From assembly GCA_004022145.1 (NCBI GenBank), contig RCNU01000007.1: 64,000 bases of DNA; one strand, 5' to 3'. The notes under the pieces were generated by a model that was given only the letters and a program-made list of their open reading frames with translations, searched no databases and had not been told where the DNA came from. Position 1 is the first letter of the stretch. Each line of letters opens with the position of its first letter. Source of the stretch: Paecilomyces variotii (lineage: Eukaryota). The translations under genes and the position numbers were made by a program. Of this stretch, positions 11,770 to 24,619 are shown one piece after another.

Positions 11770-12465
11770 CTATGGCGATTTCAACCGACTCATCGTCCAC
11801 AGTTGCCACCCTTGAGGTAGGAAGTGATTCAGAGCAACTGAAGCAGCTTTGCGAGTGCTGGAGTTGGAGTTGGAGTTGGAGCTGTTGACTCACGTGTTTG
11901 AGTCAGCGAGATCACCGTCTTCCAAGGCTCACGGATAGTGTCAATAAGTCCAGATTCACGATCAAAAGGTTATGAAGATTCGATTCGAACTTTTCCCTCT
12001 ACCGTAATTAACATGCCCTTATGCTGGCTGGTTTTTTACAAATACTAGACGTTCTATGCAACTATTCTAGGCGCGCGTTTGTGACGCAGGCAAATATAGA
12101 CTTCCAAGGCGCATTGAGGCTTGAGCTTTTGATATGAGTAGGCTGAGAGACGTAAAGACTCCCTCTGCTCCTACATGCGGTTCATAAAAGACCAAAACTG
12201 TCATAGACGTGCTGGAAAAGCACGAAGAAGTGGGCCGACGTAAGAAATTAATATGTAAATTGATTCCGGACGCCAACACAGCCCGTTCCCGACTGACTGA
12301 CGTTACTTACACACGGGGCGCCCTCTTGATATCCAACTCTCCGCCATAACTTATCACTCTTCACCCCACGAGATCGCGTTCTACAATCACCAACCACTTA
12401 TAGATGCGGACAGCTAGCTTCAGGCACAGAATTCCAGTCAGACGTTCAGAAGACAGCAGGTGTCC

Positions 12466-14746
12466 ATGACATCTCCCGGAGATGCTGCTCCGGTCAAGCC
12501 TCTGCCGTCCTTTGCGCCAGGAGCTCCGATCGTTGTCCCCAAGACCAGATATCCAGATGAAGTCGAGTCTTCTAATTCATTAAATTCGAACCTAGCCGAC
12601 TCTAACATCATACAATCACCAACTGTGCCTTTCTCTCCGGAGCTCCCGTCGCGCTCAGCATCTCCAATCTCGAGGGTGTCGACATCCACCCCCCGCCTTA
12701 GCAGATCATCGCTTGGGTCATCTTTAGGAGGTCCGCTCGATGGCGCAAATGATATCAGATCACTGATAATCCGCGCTTTCTCTCCTACGATTGGTATTTA
12801 CGCGTCAGACGATACGAATGAATTGGTACGGCAGAAGGGTTTCAAAGACGGTTTCTGGGAACTGGTCCGGCCGTTTGGAGAGAATGTTCCGGGCAAGGTG
12901 GTGATTCGAGACAGCATTGGTTCTAGTCGCGGATGGGAGGATTATGGAGTACGCTTCGCTGAGCTACCATCAGTAGGCCAGTCTCCTAAAGCCGCAGGCG
13001 GTGGTCCGGAGTCGCCGCTGGGTCAAATAGAGGAGATCTTGGAAAGACAGTTGGATTCAGCTGACGAGCCTTTGGGCGGGCTGTTTCGTCCTAGTGATAT
13101 ACCTTCGGGAAATGTCCCGCCTACATCTCCTTTCTATAAACTATTTCTCCGTCGATTGCTCTCGAGCTCCACTGCCACGCCGCATGAGACATTCAGACAC
13201 CCTGTTGCTTGTGTCATTGCCATCAGCTCACGCAACTCATCTCCTCTTGAGTCATTACGACAGCTCTATGCGGAAACCAGCCAAGGAAGCCGGCGGCCTC
13301 CTCCTTGGATGCATCCGGAATACCTCAGATATTATGTCTTGGTTCACGATGAGGATCGAGATGATATCACAGAATCGACCAGGCTTTATGATCAGATGAA
13401 GCGACATTTTGGGCTGCATTGTCATCTACTGAGATTGCGGAGTAATCAGTGCGTTATCACAGATGATGATAGTGTCCAGGTACCGCCTTGCGAGTGGCTG
13501 TCACCGTCGGAGGATCTGTCGAGGATGGGTGAAACACGTAAGGGACATTCGCCGATCTCACCACGGGCCAGGCTAACTGTAGACAGAGACATTGGTGGAT
13601 CTCGGAACAGAGGCCCAATACCTTTTTGAATCAGACGTGACAGCCATCAAGACATTTGTACGAGAGTTGGTTGCGCAGTCCGTGATTCCATACATGGAAA
13701 ATAGGGTAGCAGTTTGGAATGATCAAGTAGCATCTCGACGGCGTGGACTGAGCGGCCGCTTTATGTCCATGTCTCGGAGGTTTGCTGGGTTCGGTGCCGG
13801 CACCAGATCGACCTTCATAGGCTCCGGGTCGGGCTCTACAAGTGGAAATTATGATACCACTCAGGGTTTCTATCAGCCGGATTCCCCAGAGGCCCTCTTG
13901 CGGAAGATGGCGGATTTTGCATTTATGCTTCGCGATTGGAAGTTATCTAGTTCTACCTATGAGCTCCTCAGGTCGGACTTCAATAACGACAAGGCTTGGA
14001 AATACCACGCTGGGGCGCATGAGATGTGCGGCGTAAGCATGCTGCTGAACCCACTTGCAGCCACTGCGAAAACCAAGCTGGAGAGTATCGACCAGATGTT
14101 CGACATTTCATGCTATTCGTACCTGACGCGATGCTCCGATGCGCCCAACGCTCTCCGAAGTCTTGCCCTGGGGAGTGAGCTTTTGAAATCTCGAGGCGGT
14201 TCAGCCGTTGAAAGCGCTGCAAAGTGGGCCATGAGGGTGATGGACTTGGGACTGGTTGGCTCAATCGGTCAAGTCCTCTACATGGAACGGGTTTCTGCTT
14301 GCTACGCATCGAAAACCGGAGCAGGTCCTGCAAAATGGGGCGCTCGTCGACGGAAGGCCGGTATGTGGTCTATCCTTGCTGCCGATTCCTGGATGAGGAT
14401 GGGCAAGCCAACCCTCGCATCGGACTGTCTTGAAGAGGCAGAGCGACTATATGCAGAGGTTCTAGAATCCGAGGGCACCTTCCCCCTCCCAGAGATGCAA
14501 AACTTCGTTGATAACCTGAAGCGTGCGGTCAAGGTCGAGTACCTAGAATCCAGGGGAATCGACACAACTGACGAAGCTGCCACGGCATCCCAATTGGGCA
14601 CTGAGGAGACGAGCGAGAAGCTAGATCATCGCCATCGCCGCAACAAATCTACGATTGGAGGAGTTGCACCTCATGAGACGGGCCCTCTTAGCCACGCGAG
14701 GGCGACTAGGGACGATAACGACACTCGTGATGATGACTTTGAATGA
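12466..14746 (+). CDS. TRS85: TRAPP III subunit Trs85/TRAPPC8 (Gsg1)
   Basis: Two ORFs joined by intron 13538-13586. Motifs PHETFRHPVACVIAISS, YLRYYVLVHDE and SPEALLRKMADFAFMLRDWKL. Confidence 0.88.
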
Positions 14747-15243
14747 GCTAAAATAAACAGGGCTTTGATACCGGGCGTATAAAGAGGGCATTCCACTATA
14801 GAGCTAGGATCCAAAGTGATGTCACGGCATCTATTGGACGGAGTTCAAAGGGAGGTGTATCTACTATTAGTCTCCTACAGCTGTTCACGGTGAATATAAT
14901 AATACGACAGAAATATCCATATTATGCTATTTGACCTACATTAACTGTCTGAACCTCGAAATTTCAAGGGAATGTGCCGCGCAATCCTTGGAGAACTGAA
15001 GAGTACTGAAATCTATCGACTATTCACCTCCTAGACTATTCACGCTATTGGACTTCATCCTAATTAATTGCTACCTAGAGCACCCCCGCCACTATTCATA
15101 AGTATTTCCTCCTTCCACAGTGTCTTCTTCAATCCTATACTGGTGGAAATAGGTGGCTTCACGTTGTTTGTTCTATACATTCTATATAGCATGATAGTGG
15201 CATTTTGCAGCTCGCCCCCGATACTTATAGCAGTCGGGTGCCG

Positions 15244-15530
15244 ATGGACGCCAGCTTTCATCCTTTAGTAACGCGAGAGCTGTCTCAGCTCAGTGGCACC
15301 TTGTCCCCGTCGCCATCGAATCCAGATGAGGCACATGCGCGACAAAAGCTACTTATACACTTATTATCCTCATTCGTCGAGAGACAAGATCGTTGACATA
15401 CTCAAGAATTTTATAGACAATCTGCCATCTGCTGGCAGAAGAACAATTTGCAGATACATTCTGAGACATGTCATCCAAGATTCTCCATTTCGCCTAGGTC
15501 AATATCTGTACTCTTCCATCTTGTGCCCGA
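15244..15530 (+). pseudogene. N-terminal remnant of a fungal HNH-endonuclease-type protein (frameshifted)
   Basis: ATG 15244 frame stops at 15396. A shifted frame continues ...DKIVDILKNFIDNLPSAGRRTICRYIL...LGQYLYSSILCP, resembling the helical N-termini of fungal HNH_2 proteins. Confidence 0.4.
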
Positions 15531-15594
15531 GCAAGTTCTTTTCTTTTATTTATTTCCCATTCGCCTAGGCACGAAAAGTAATATCTTCCGTTGA

Positions 15595-15775
15595 CAATAT
15601 TGGGTCTCTCTTCGGGTTTTCTGGAATATATGAATTAATGGAGAAATGATCTCTTGGGAAATATCAGCACTGAAAAGTGCCAAAATTAATGATCCTCTCT
15701 CCGAGTGCTCAGGCGTACTGGGATAAATCTCTGTTCGCATTAAAACTACGTCATTCTTCAGCTGATAGGTTTTAT
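15595..15775 (+). pseudogene. Internal fragment of a second HNH_2-type endonuclease
   Basis: Broken frames read WVSLRVFW... and TEKCQN/LMILSPSAQAYWDKSLFALK, matching the N-L-x-x-L-S-P-x-A-H-x-x-W-x-x-x-x-F-A-L-K-P motif. Confidence 0.5.
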
Positions 15776-16132
15776 ATCGTGCTATATATCTCGTTCTCGG
15801 CTCGAAGGTATGTCATGTTGAGGATACCAACTTCTGACAACTTCTGAAAGCGAGCGATCATGCTAAGTGATTTGTAGGGCCTTGTTGAAGTAAATAATTC
15901 AATTGACACTTTTGTTAAAAGCTAGGGTGCCTTTTGATTAACGATATTTCTCTCTTGTCTTCCTCTCTCCCTGTCGCTGATCTGTTGCTTCTCCACTCAC
16001 GTCATCTTCTTGTTCTCTTTTCCCTCAGCTTGCTGATAATAATCGGCTACATTTAATCATCGGTCTTAATCTTGGAAGTGCCGTAACGAGCCTCCTGTTT
16101 GTCTGTTACATATCCTGAATTGTGTTACAAAA

Positions 16133-17130
16133 ATGCCTCCCCGGGGTCAGAAACGGCTCCCGGACAATTCTACACGTTGACCCTGCTACCCTCACACGAG
16201 ATCAAGCCCTGCGCAGGATCATAACCTGGAATCCAATTGCAGCATCCGTAACTATTAATAATCCTATGAACCTAGACTTTATTTAGATCTGCAGGTGTTC
16301 AAGATTATGATAAATAACTATTGGACTAATTGCTTTAGGGGCTAACCGCACGCGGATTAAGGACCCTTATATAGGCGCTACAACCCCATCAAGTGGCCTA
16401 TCGACTCCAGTCTGGAAGAAACGGCGGTCTTTTATAGAGGATTTTCCCCATAACCCGGCCCTGCAGCCTCCGGATGGCGTCCGATTGACACGAGTTGAAC
16501 GAGCATTGTTACTCCAGTCCTCTCAGAGGAAGTTGATTACAGCAATTAGAAGCGGGACTAGCCTTCATGAACTATTATCGGAAGTTTGTCCCACACTTTC
16601 CGCAATCGCAAGACCGCTAAATATGCTTAAAACAAGAGGGTTTGTCGGATCCCCGAAGAGCGGACGCGCGCGCCGAAAGAAATGCAGATGGTTGAGTAAG
16701 ACCCTTCACGAGTGCAACTCTACGAAAACGCGGTTCGTACAGGAATTCGATACTCGTCTATGTCAAAGGCGACGAGAACAATCCTCGTAAGTGGTTATTG
16801 CATCGTTGTGGTTGATTGCTGACGGTTGTAGCCTGTAACGGTTGCCAAGATCTGCGCGATCTTGATATGTAGGTATGTACCTGTACCAAGGCTTCAGAGG
16901 TTCGGTCGCTGGGCCTTCACGTATCGCTACGATTGGCCTGAGAGAGGTATGCGAGGTTAACGGCCGTCACTTTTCGAGGAGAAAGGGCACACAACAGTGG
17001 ATCGAATACCAACCCGAGGTCCGTACCGGCGCTGCGTGTCTGTTGCGGACGTCCACAATGGTACATGCTCGAATTGTATCCACTATGGCAAGCAGTCGCA
17101 CTGCTCATTAAGTAAGCTGTTGCCTTGTGC
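16133..17130 (+). pseudogene. DUF3716-like Cys-rich protein pseudogene
   Basis: ATG 16133 with an early TGA; intron signals present. Fragments RKRGSYRNSILVYVKGDENNP|PCNGC and GPYRRCVSVADVHNGTCSNCIHYGKQSHCS lie in different frames, with stops between them. Confidence 0.6.
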
Positions 17131-17923
17131 CTTTTGGGATGTGCTAATTCCATGTAGTTCGTACAACTGTATGTTGTTCTCTCTCCTATTACCTGAGCCC
17201 AGCTTCAAGACGATTTCTGAAGTGAGATCCTGCACTCATTTTGACGCGATCTCTTCTTCATTCGTCGAGAAATGATCCTATTAAATAAGATTTCTCAGTT
17301 AAGAAAGTCCGATTGTAACAGGGGGCAGGCTGTTGATTAGGTGAGTACACCCGATAGGCTAGAATTCGGTATCCTTAAGTGATATATTGCCCTAATATCT
17401 GAAGAGAAACCAGGAAGCCTGTGCAATCATACACGCCGACCAGGTTGTTGTAGCTGCATATATATTTGGCAGCAAGCAAGGGTCACGGACAGAGGAGTCT
17501 ACCGCCTCTGCTCCAAAAGCACCCAGAGAGCCTACGATACCCCGTTTGACGAAGCAGGATAAGGCCAGGCTTACCGAAGGCAACAGGGCTTTGTATGTTG
17601 CGGGGGGCGAGCTATTTGTTCGTGCCTCATCAAACTGCCACCTTCCCACTTCTCAATCATTGACCCAGAGCCAGCGGCCAGCTGGGGTTAGACCGTGAGG
17701 CTAACCTATACTCTGAGGTATCAATCGCGGGCAAAGTAAAACCAAGCAAGGTGAGTTTTTGAGTGTCCGGCCTTATAAGTGCCTCATACCTTCTCGTGGT
17801 GCCCCCTGTGGGGTAGGTGTAAAAGTCTTGCGTATAGGCAATAATGATGATCAACCGCTTACCCCCTACGCAGCCCCTACTGGCGGAACCAAGACACCTC
17901 CTATGCGGCCAATTGGACAATGT

Positions 17924-18396
17924 ATGAAACCAGAATGGATCAATGAGCCAAGAAACACGATGATCATATGGGAGCCACTGAGGAGAGAGTTCGGATCCCT
18001 CACTTTTACACTCGAGCCCATGGTTAGTATAAAATCAGAATCATATAGATGAAAATTTCATGCTAATTAAACCAGGACGAGCCAAATTTGTACAAGGTTA
18101 GAACATTCGACGAGTTTCCCCACTGGTATCTGGATGTCTAGAATGCACCTTCCAACGACAACGGAGAATGACTCGTCCGCTTCACAAGGCCAGAGGGCAA
18201 CCATACCGAGCTACCAAGTCCTCTCCTACTCGAGGTCCATGCCGCCATCGCGCGCGCTTTCCATGCCTCTGGAATGGCAGAGACCGTAGATGAGATTCTC
18301 AGAAAACGGGAATCCATGCGACAGCTTGCGCCAGATGGAAGCACCGATGTGAGACAAGTTTTACCAGTTCTTTTAGCCCCTCACAGGACTTTATAA
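17924..18396 (+). pseudogene. C-terminal half of a fungal HNH_2 endonuclease gene with in-frame stops
   Basis: INEPRNTMIIWEPLRREFGSLTFTLEP, an intron (GTTAGT..CAG), then ...LPSPLLLEVHAAIARAFHASGMAETVDEILR...LAPDGSTDV. In-frame TAG at 18139 and TGA at 18169. Confidence 0.7.
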
Positions 18397-19247
18397 TGCT
18401 CGTGACTTTGAACTCAGTTTCGTTGGAACCCGCTTGAATTAACCGATCGAAACTATCTCCTCACCGAGTCTATTCCTCTTTGATAATTTGATAATATGCT
18501 ACAAGCCTTCGAACAAGAATTGTCTTCCAAGGTTGCACTTTATGTATGTAATTCCATAGCTTAGTACGTCTCTATACCGTATGGGAGGTCACCAGGGATA
18601 CAGACTTCGCCTGTGCCGCAAGACGTTATTAATACTACTACTACCATTCCTCTTTGATTGACCCTGTCATGGTTACTCTTCCTCCTTCCTGGCGACGGAC
18701 ATAGTGTAGAAAAGATCCGAAATACTTAGAACGGATCAAGATAGATGGCCGGTCTTTCATGCGGCCTGTTGTCAAGGAAAACTACAAATGCTCAATCTCA
18801 AACTTGTAGAGTTCCATTTTTATTTCCTCGAATCACAGAAGAACCCAAAATGAATATAAGCCTGTGGTAAGAAACAATAGTTCTCACCCGATTCAACGGT
18901 GACGTCCCATACAAGGTCACGTGCAGCGTGTCATAGCGCGTCTTATCGATATCCGATTAGCTCCAACCTCAGGCCTTCCTTGTCGGAGCCTCGAATGGGC
19001 CAGCTGGATGTACTGTACGAGACAAGCTGGCCAACGCCAGGCCCAGTTCGAATCGTTGCGCTGCTGGATCAACAGACATTAGTTGTGTCATACAATCTTC
19101 ATTAACGACTTGACTGCACTTGATCCTGTTACCAGACGGAAAAACGAAACGATAACCTCTCACTTACCCCGGGGAAGCCCCTACGTCCAGCGTTTATTTC
19201 ATACTCAGACAGCGAATCTCATTTGCTGTCGGGATCACTCGCTCACC

Positions 19248-21025
19248 ATGAGTGACCTCTTGACATACATCCTCACTCACGAGGATGCGTTTCGAAAGTA
19301 AGTTTCATTGTTTGAACTCCTATCCCCTGCAACTCAGGTCGGGGACCCAAAATCTCGCCGAGCAAAAAGCATATTTGTATAGCTAGTTAACATGTTTCTC
19401 ACATCTTAGGAACCGCCTCCCATCCCTCTACTCAGACTTCGCATTACAAAAGAGCACCAATCCGGACGGATACGCCGTTAACGTCGCAGCGTGGGAACAT
19501 GCGCTCACGAACGCCGCGCGAGCCGGACAGCTCTCCTCGTTACGATCCACATTAGGCTCCGGAGGGGGAGGTGAAAGACAGAGGAAGAAAACCGACCATA
19601 TCGTTCTAAGAGCCGATGAGACGCTTCTCAGGGAACTGGAAAGTCCCCAGTGGGGAAGGCCGGTTGCGTTGGCGAGTGTATTTGTATGTCATTGCTGTCT
19701 CCTCAAGAAGCACGGCATCATTTATCTTACTGGATGGGCACTAACATTCTGTTCTTCTTGGTGCAGGACGAGGCGATTCAGAAGCGGAGTATGGTTCCGT
19801 TGCAATTATATAAAACTAGCGGGGCGAGTCTGCAGAAGAAGCAGTGGCAGCTCATTGACCCGGGGATGTTAAGTCCTTGGAACGTGATGAGCTGGGGTAT
19901 CAAACAGCTGAGGGGGATCGTTGTGGGGTCTGATAGTCTTGAATCTTCACCGCGATTACAGGCTCAGGAGCTGGTTTTGGTTGAGAATTTGAAGGTTTGT
20001 TTCAATGCTTTTTTGGCGATGTACTGATGCGGGACTTGCTAATACAGATGATAGGAAGCTGCAAGTCGAGTAACAAAGCAGGCGCTGAGTCTAAGCTCCT
20101 CCAAAGTCGACCTGATCTACTCTAGAGAAAGCTTTGTGAACGAGTTTTCCACCGTGATGGACGATACGACGGAATTATCGGAAGCTGACTTCGATGTTTT
20201 GCTTATATATCTGTCTCGAGACAGTAACTCCATTGTGTACGACGGAAAGGTAAGTTATGCGTATGCACAGCCTGAGCTTAACATAATATAGTATACTAAT
20301 ACATCCGTCTTCAGACCGTCAAGTTCAAATCCGGCAATGATACCTCGACTGAGATAACGCAACAGGATACCACCGTAGCGTCAATCAAAACATTAATTTC
20401 CAGCCTGTCAAAGCAGGTATCAAATCTGGAAGGGAAGATCAACGAGTTGAACAATACTGCAAAGGTAGCCCTGAATAACAAAAACAGGCTATCTGCCCTA
20501 TCAGCGCTGCGGTCAAAGAAACTCGCAGAGCAAAATCTGAAGCAGCGATCAGATACTCTGGCTCAACTTGAGGAAATCTATACCAAGATCGAGCAGGCGG
20601 CTGATCAGGTTGAGATTGTGCGTGTCATGGAAGCCAGCACAGGAGTCCTCCGGGGACTACATGCCCAGGTCGGCGGCGTCGAAAAGGTAGAAGATGTGGT
20701 GGAGGAATTGCGTGAAGAGATGTCCAAGGTGGATGAAGTAGGAAATATCCTCAATGAAGCAGGTCCAGTCATTGACGAGGGCGAGATTGATGAGGAGCTT
20801 GAGGCTCTGGAGAACCAGGAGCTACAGGCCAAGGAAGAGAAGGAAGCAGAAAAAACCAGGAACAGGCTTGCAGAGTTGGATAGCATCCAGCAGGCAGCAG
20901 AGGAGGCTGCGCGCAAGGCCGAAGCAGAGCAAGGGGATATTGCCTCTGACCTGGCAGAGAGTATTGGAAAGTTGTCCCACATGTCCATCGAGGACCGCTC
21001 CGAGCAACCGCTGGAGTCAAAGTGA
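19248..21025 (+). CDS. cmp7: CHMP7/Cmp7-like ESCRT-III (Snf7 family) protein with N-terminal winged-helix region, multi-exon
   Basis: ATG 19248 MSDLLTYILTHEDAFRK|NRLPSLYSDF...NPDGY..NV.AW. C-terminal Snf7 coiled coil ALSALRSKKLAE...IEQAADQVEIVRVMEAST...DEGEIDEELEALE. Confidence 0.85.
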
Positions 21026-21101
21026 ACAGTATCCAAACCCGCAATGCCTGGAACAGCTGTACCTAGATCAACAAGACATTAAAGTTGACAGGTTCTCATT
21101 A

Positions 21102-22470
21102 TTACCCAGCCGGGGTTCCGAGAATCGGGTTTTGGCCGCTGTCTTGTTCAGCATGTCCGTTCCCCTCAGCCGCTTTCCCATCAGAGATTTCCACCGAGTC
21201 CCGGACGGGGTTTCTGGCCTCGATGATCTGAGGCAACGCCTCCGCGGTCTCAGAAAGTGATGAGCCCTGATCTTGTTGCTGTTGGGCAGACGCCTGAGGG
21301 ATCGTTGTCCGAACAATCGCATCACTCCTCTTCCGCGCATTGGCGATCAGCCGCTTGAAGTCATCATCGTGGCTTGAAGACCACGCTGCAGCATCAAAGT
21401 CCTTCCGCATTATAGGGTTAGATGCAGCAGCGGAAGATGCTGATGCTTGTCCGCCTTGCGTCCTTTCCCAGATATCCAGTTCGCGTAATAGCTCCCTTTT
21501 TGGCTTTGGGACCTTGGAGTCACAATTGGAATTCCATAGATTCATCCATTCTGTATGGCGCTTTTGTAAAAGGGGTTTTGGACCCCAGTCCGGTATTCCC
21601 ATATCTCTGAGCTTTTTCCGCAGGACGCCCTCCTTCAATATCGAGTAGTTCAGATGGGGTAGTCTTTCCAGTCGTTTGGTCGAGGAACTGTTATCCCGTA
21701 ATACTTGGTTCAGAGGTTGTAATGATCTATAACAATTCAGTCCAGTTCCTCTGCAGCTACTGGGGGCATAACCCAGGTCTTACCCTAGTGACGGTGCGGG
21801 CTGTTGTGCCTCTTGGGGCCCGGTGCACTTATCTAGGTGCGGAAATACAGCTTCATTCTTCATCCGACGGTTGCAAATAGGGCACGCGACCATGCCGTCA
21901 TCTAGTCATCTGTTAGATCTAAACACAGGAGACAATTCCGGTCTGGGACGAACCTGGCACAAATTCCTCATCTCCGCTATCCTCTATAACCTCCACAGCC
22001 GGTGTGGCGGCCTGGCTTTCTGTTCTCCTACTCCGAGAACGAGTCTGCCTGCCTTGTAACTGAGCATCGTCCTGCGACACGGCTTCGCCCTGTCCCGGTT
22101 GCTCCAGTTTCCGTTTCTTCGCTACCGGCTGCTCCGACTCATTTTCCTCTGCGGTTCGCGCGGCATTCCTCGCAAGTTCCAATATCCCAGGACGGGCGTT
22201 CTTGAAGGAGTCGACCAGCTCCTGCACAGCCCAGTTACGACGTAGCTTCAATTCCTGATCCGAACTCCGACAAGCGGGACATTTCCCTTCCGTACTTAGA
22301 CAGCGGCGAATACATAACGAGCAGAACGTGTGGCTACACGACGTGATAACTGGATTGTCAAAGAAATCCTTGCACACCTGGCAACGCAGTGCAGACTCCA
22401 GAGGCGCGACGAGGGTGAGCGGCGTGTCGAGCCAATCGGTCGAATCTGGTATATCGAAGGACTGATCCAT
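21102..22470 (-). CDS. RAD18: Post-replication repair E3 ubiquitin ligase Rad18 (UvsH/NuvA), multi-exon
   Basis: DSTDW N-terminus; [46 protein letters not shown]-like [28 protein letters not shown]. Confidence 0.95.
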
Positions 22471-22694
22471 CTGGGAGGGAAGTTGAGGCGGAACCGCGCA
22501 TTAAGCAATAGATGAGACCGAACCGTACAAGAGGTCGCGTAGCCCGTCCTCCCGGCGGAAGAAGCAGAGATAAACCGTTGGCAGTCCAGCACTGAACCGG
22601 GACTGCTAGTATGAGAGTAAGACTTAAGTTGCCGCCGTCTTTCTCGATCCGCAACCAAAAGATCTCGCGGAGATGCCAAGACCCGCTGACTGAT

Positions 22695-22721
22695 ACGCGT
22701 TAAGTGGTTTGGAGAACGCGT
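22695..22721. promoter_or_regulatory. Two MCB (MluI, ACGCGT) boxes in the RAD18/POL32 bidirectional promoter
   Basis: ACGCGT at 22695-22700 and 22716-22721, inside a 342-bp head-to-head intergenic gap. Confidence 0.65.
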
Positions 22722-22812
22722 CGGCCGTCGCCCGCACATCAGAGGCTAGTCATCCCCTTCTATTAGTATTCAGCACGAGAAAACTGCCAGTCTAGTTTTT
22801 TTTTTTTTCAGA

Positions 22813-24619
22813 ATGGCGGTGGATTACAAGAGATATCTCGCTGAGAATGTTCTCAGTGAGCGACGTACTGTAAGCTTCGTCTGGGGGTCCCGATACGGAT
22901 CTTCTATGTCACTGATTACAGTATAGGTTACATATCGCCTGCTGAGTCGGGCTCTCAGAGTGCATAGCAATCTGGCTAAGCAGTAGGTGATGCATTCTTC
23001 GAGACATATATGCCACGGTGGAAAAGATCCAGACTGATTGGTTTTTTCTATGAAAGGATGCTGTATGACTTCCACCGGAGTGAAAATGCAAAGAAGGCCC
23101 AGAGCGTCAATGCAACCTATGTGATCACCGGTGTGCAGAAACCGCCAGAAAAGCCAGCTACCAATGGCCATGCCAAAGATGGGGAAGACGAAGTGATGCA
23201 GAGTAGTCCCTTCATGAGCTCAATGCCTCAGCCGGAAGTTGCTGAAGAAGAGATCCGAACCACATCTATGATCTTGGTCCGGGAAGAGGACCTGGAAGGT
23301 AGGATTCTGATTTGTTTTTTATGATTTATCGACAATACCGTCCGATAAAGGCTTACACTGTACTTTAGATGCCAAAAGTACCTTCCAGTCCATTCACTCA
23401 ATCCACATTTACAGCTTGCAGCCAACGATCCTGCAGGACCTCAATGTGCTGACTGATGTTGGACGCGAAATCTCGTCTACTTATGCTAATGAAGATCCTT
23501 TGGAGCTTGGACAGCTATGGGGGATGATCCAGAATGAAAATGTGAAGGTGTGTCTCCGAGATCGTACGGAGCATCTCGACAGCGACTGACATATTGTTTT
23601 GAAGCGGAGAAAGGGTGTTCGACCACCGCCTGCTCCAGCAAAAGCTGCTGCACCAAAGCCTATCCCTGCTACAACACCGTCTCTCAAGAAGGAAGAGCCT
23701 CCGCAGAAAACGAAAGACGAGCGAGCAGAAAGGGCGGAACCAAAGCCACCAGCAAAACGAAGCACGGAATCAAAACCGTCGGAGAAGCCGACATCACTGA
23801 AACGCGAGCGATCTGATATTTTTTCATCTTTTGCAAAGGCTAAACCGAAGCAGAAAAAGGAACAATCGTCTACAGCTGCAGCTTCTGGGGCGGAATCTGT
23901 AAGTACACTACTAGCAGTTACACGGGACAACTTCTTCTCTGTGCTAGAGCTAACTTGACATAAGGCTGAGCCGAGCGGAGAAGACGGTCGGTATTTTTGG
24001 TATCTCCTTGTTGCACCGCACACTAAATCTTTGCAGTTGTTTTCGACGATGCCTCGGAGGAGGAGCGTGAAGACCTTTTCCTGGACTCGGGTAAACGCAC
24101 GACGACGCAGTCTCGTGAGTCTAGGAAGGAACGAGAGGAGAGGCTGAAGAAGATGATGGAAGAAGAAGGTGAGTTCCTCCGCAGAACCCTGGTTGCTGGA
24201 CCCTGCTAACCCCAATAGATGAGGATATGCCGGATGCGCCGCAGCAGGAAGAGCAGACAGAACCAGAACCAGAAGAGCCGCAGCCTGAGGAGACTTCCAA
24301 GCCAGAGGAGCCAGCAGAGCCAAAGGAAGAAGTCGTCGTGCAGGGCGGTCGCCGCCGAGGCAAGCGGAAAGTGATGAAGAAGAAGACCATCAAGGACGAG
24401 GAGGGGTATCTTGGTATGTGCTTTCTCCTCTCTGGCAGACTAACTAAGCTAACAGATCACTCTTTAGTGACTGTGGAAGAACCGGTCTGGGAGGAATTCT
24501 CCGAAGACGAGCCAGCTCCACCACCTAAAAAGAAGCCAGCTATCAGCGCAGGGCCTAAGAGTAAAGGCGGTCCAAAGGCAGGCCAGGGTAGTATCATGTC
24601 GTTCTTTTCGAAGAAGTAA
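22813..24619 (+). CDS. POL32: DNA polymerase delta subunit 3 (Pol32/Cdc27), multi-exon
   Basis: MAVDYKRYLAENVLSERRT|VTYRLLSRALRVHSNLAK N-terminus; GRRRGKRKVMKKKTIKDEEGYL; C-terminal PCNA-binding PIP box QGSIMSFFSKK. Confidence 0.92.

Noticed and set aside
11975-11995. B-box-like GTTCGAATC (minus strand) suggesting a tRNA
   Set aside because: No T-arm stem, A-box or cloverleaf around it.
17314-17900. TGTAACA start resembling a solo LTR
   Set aside because: No matching downstream terminus, target-site duplication or second copy could be identified in the window.
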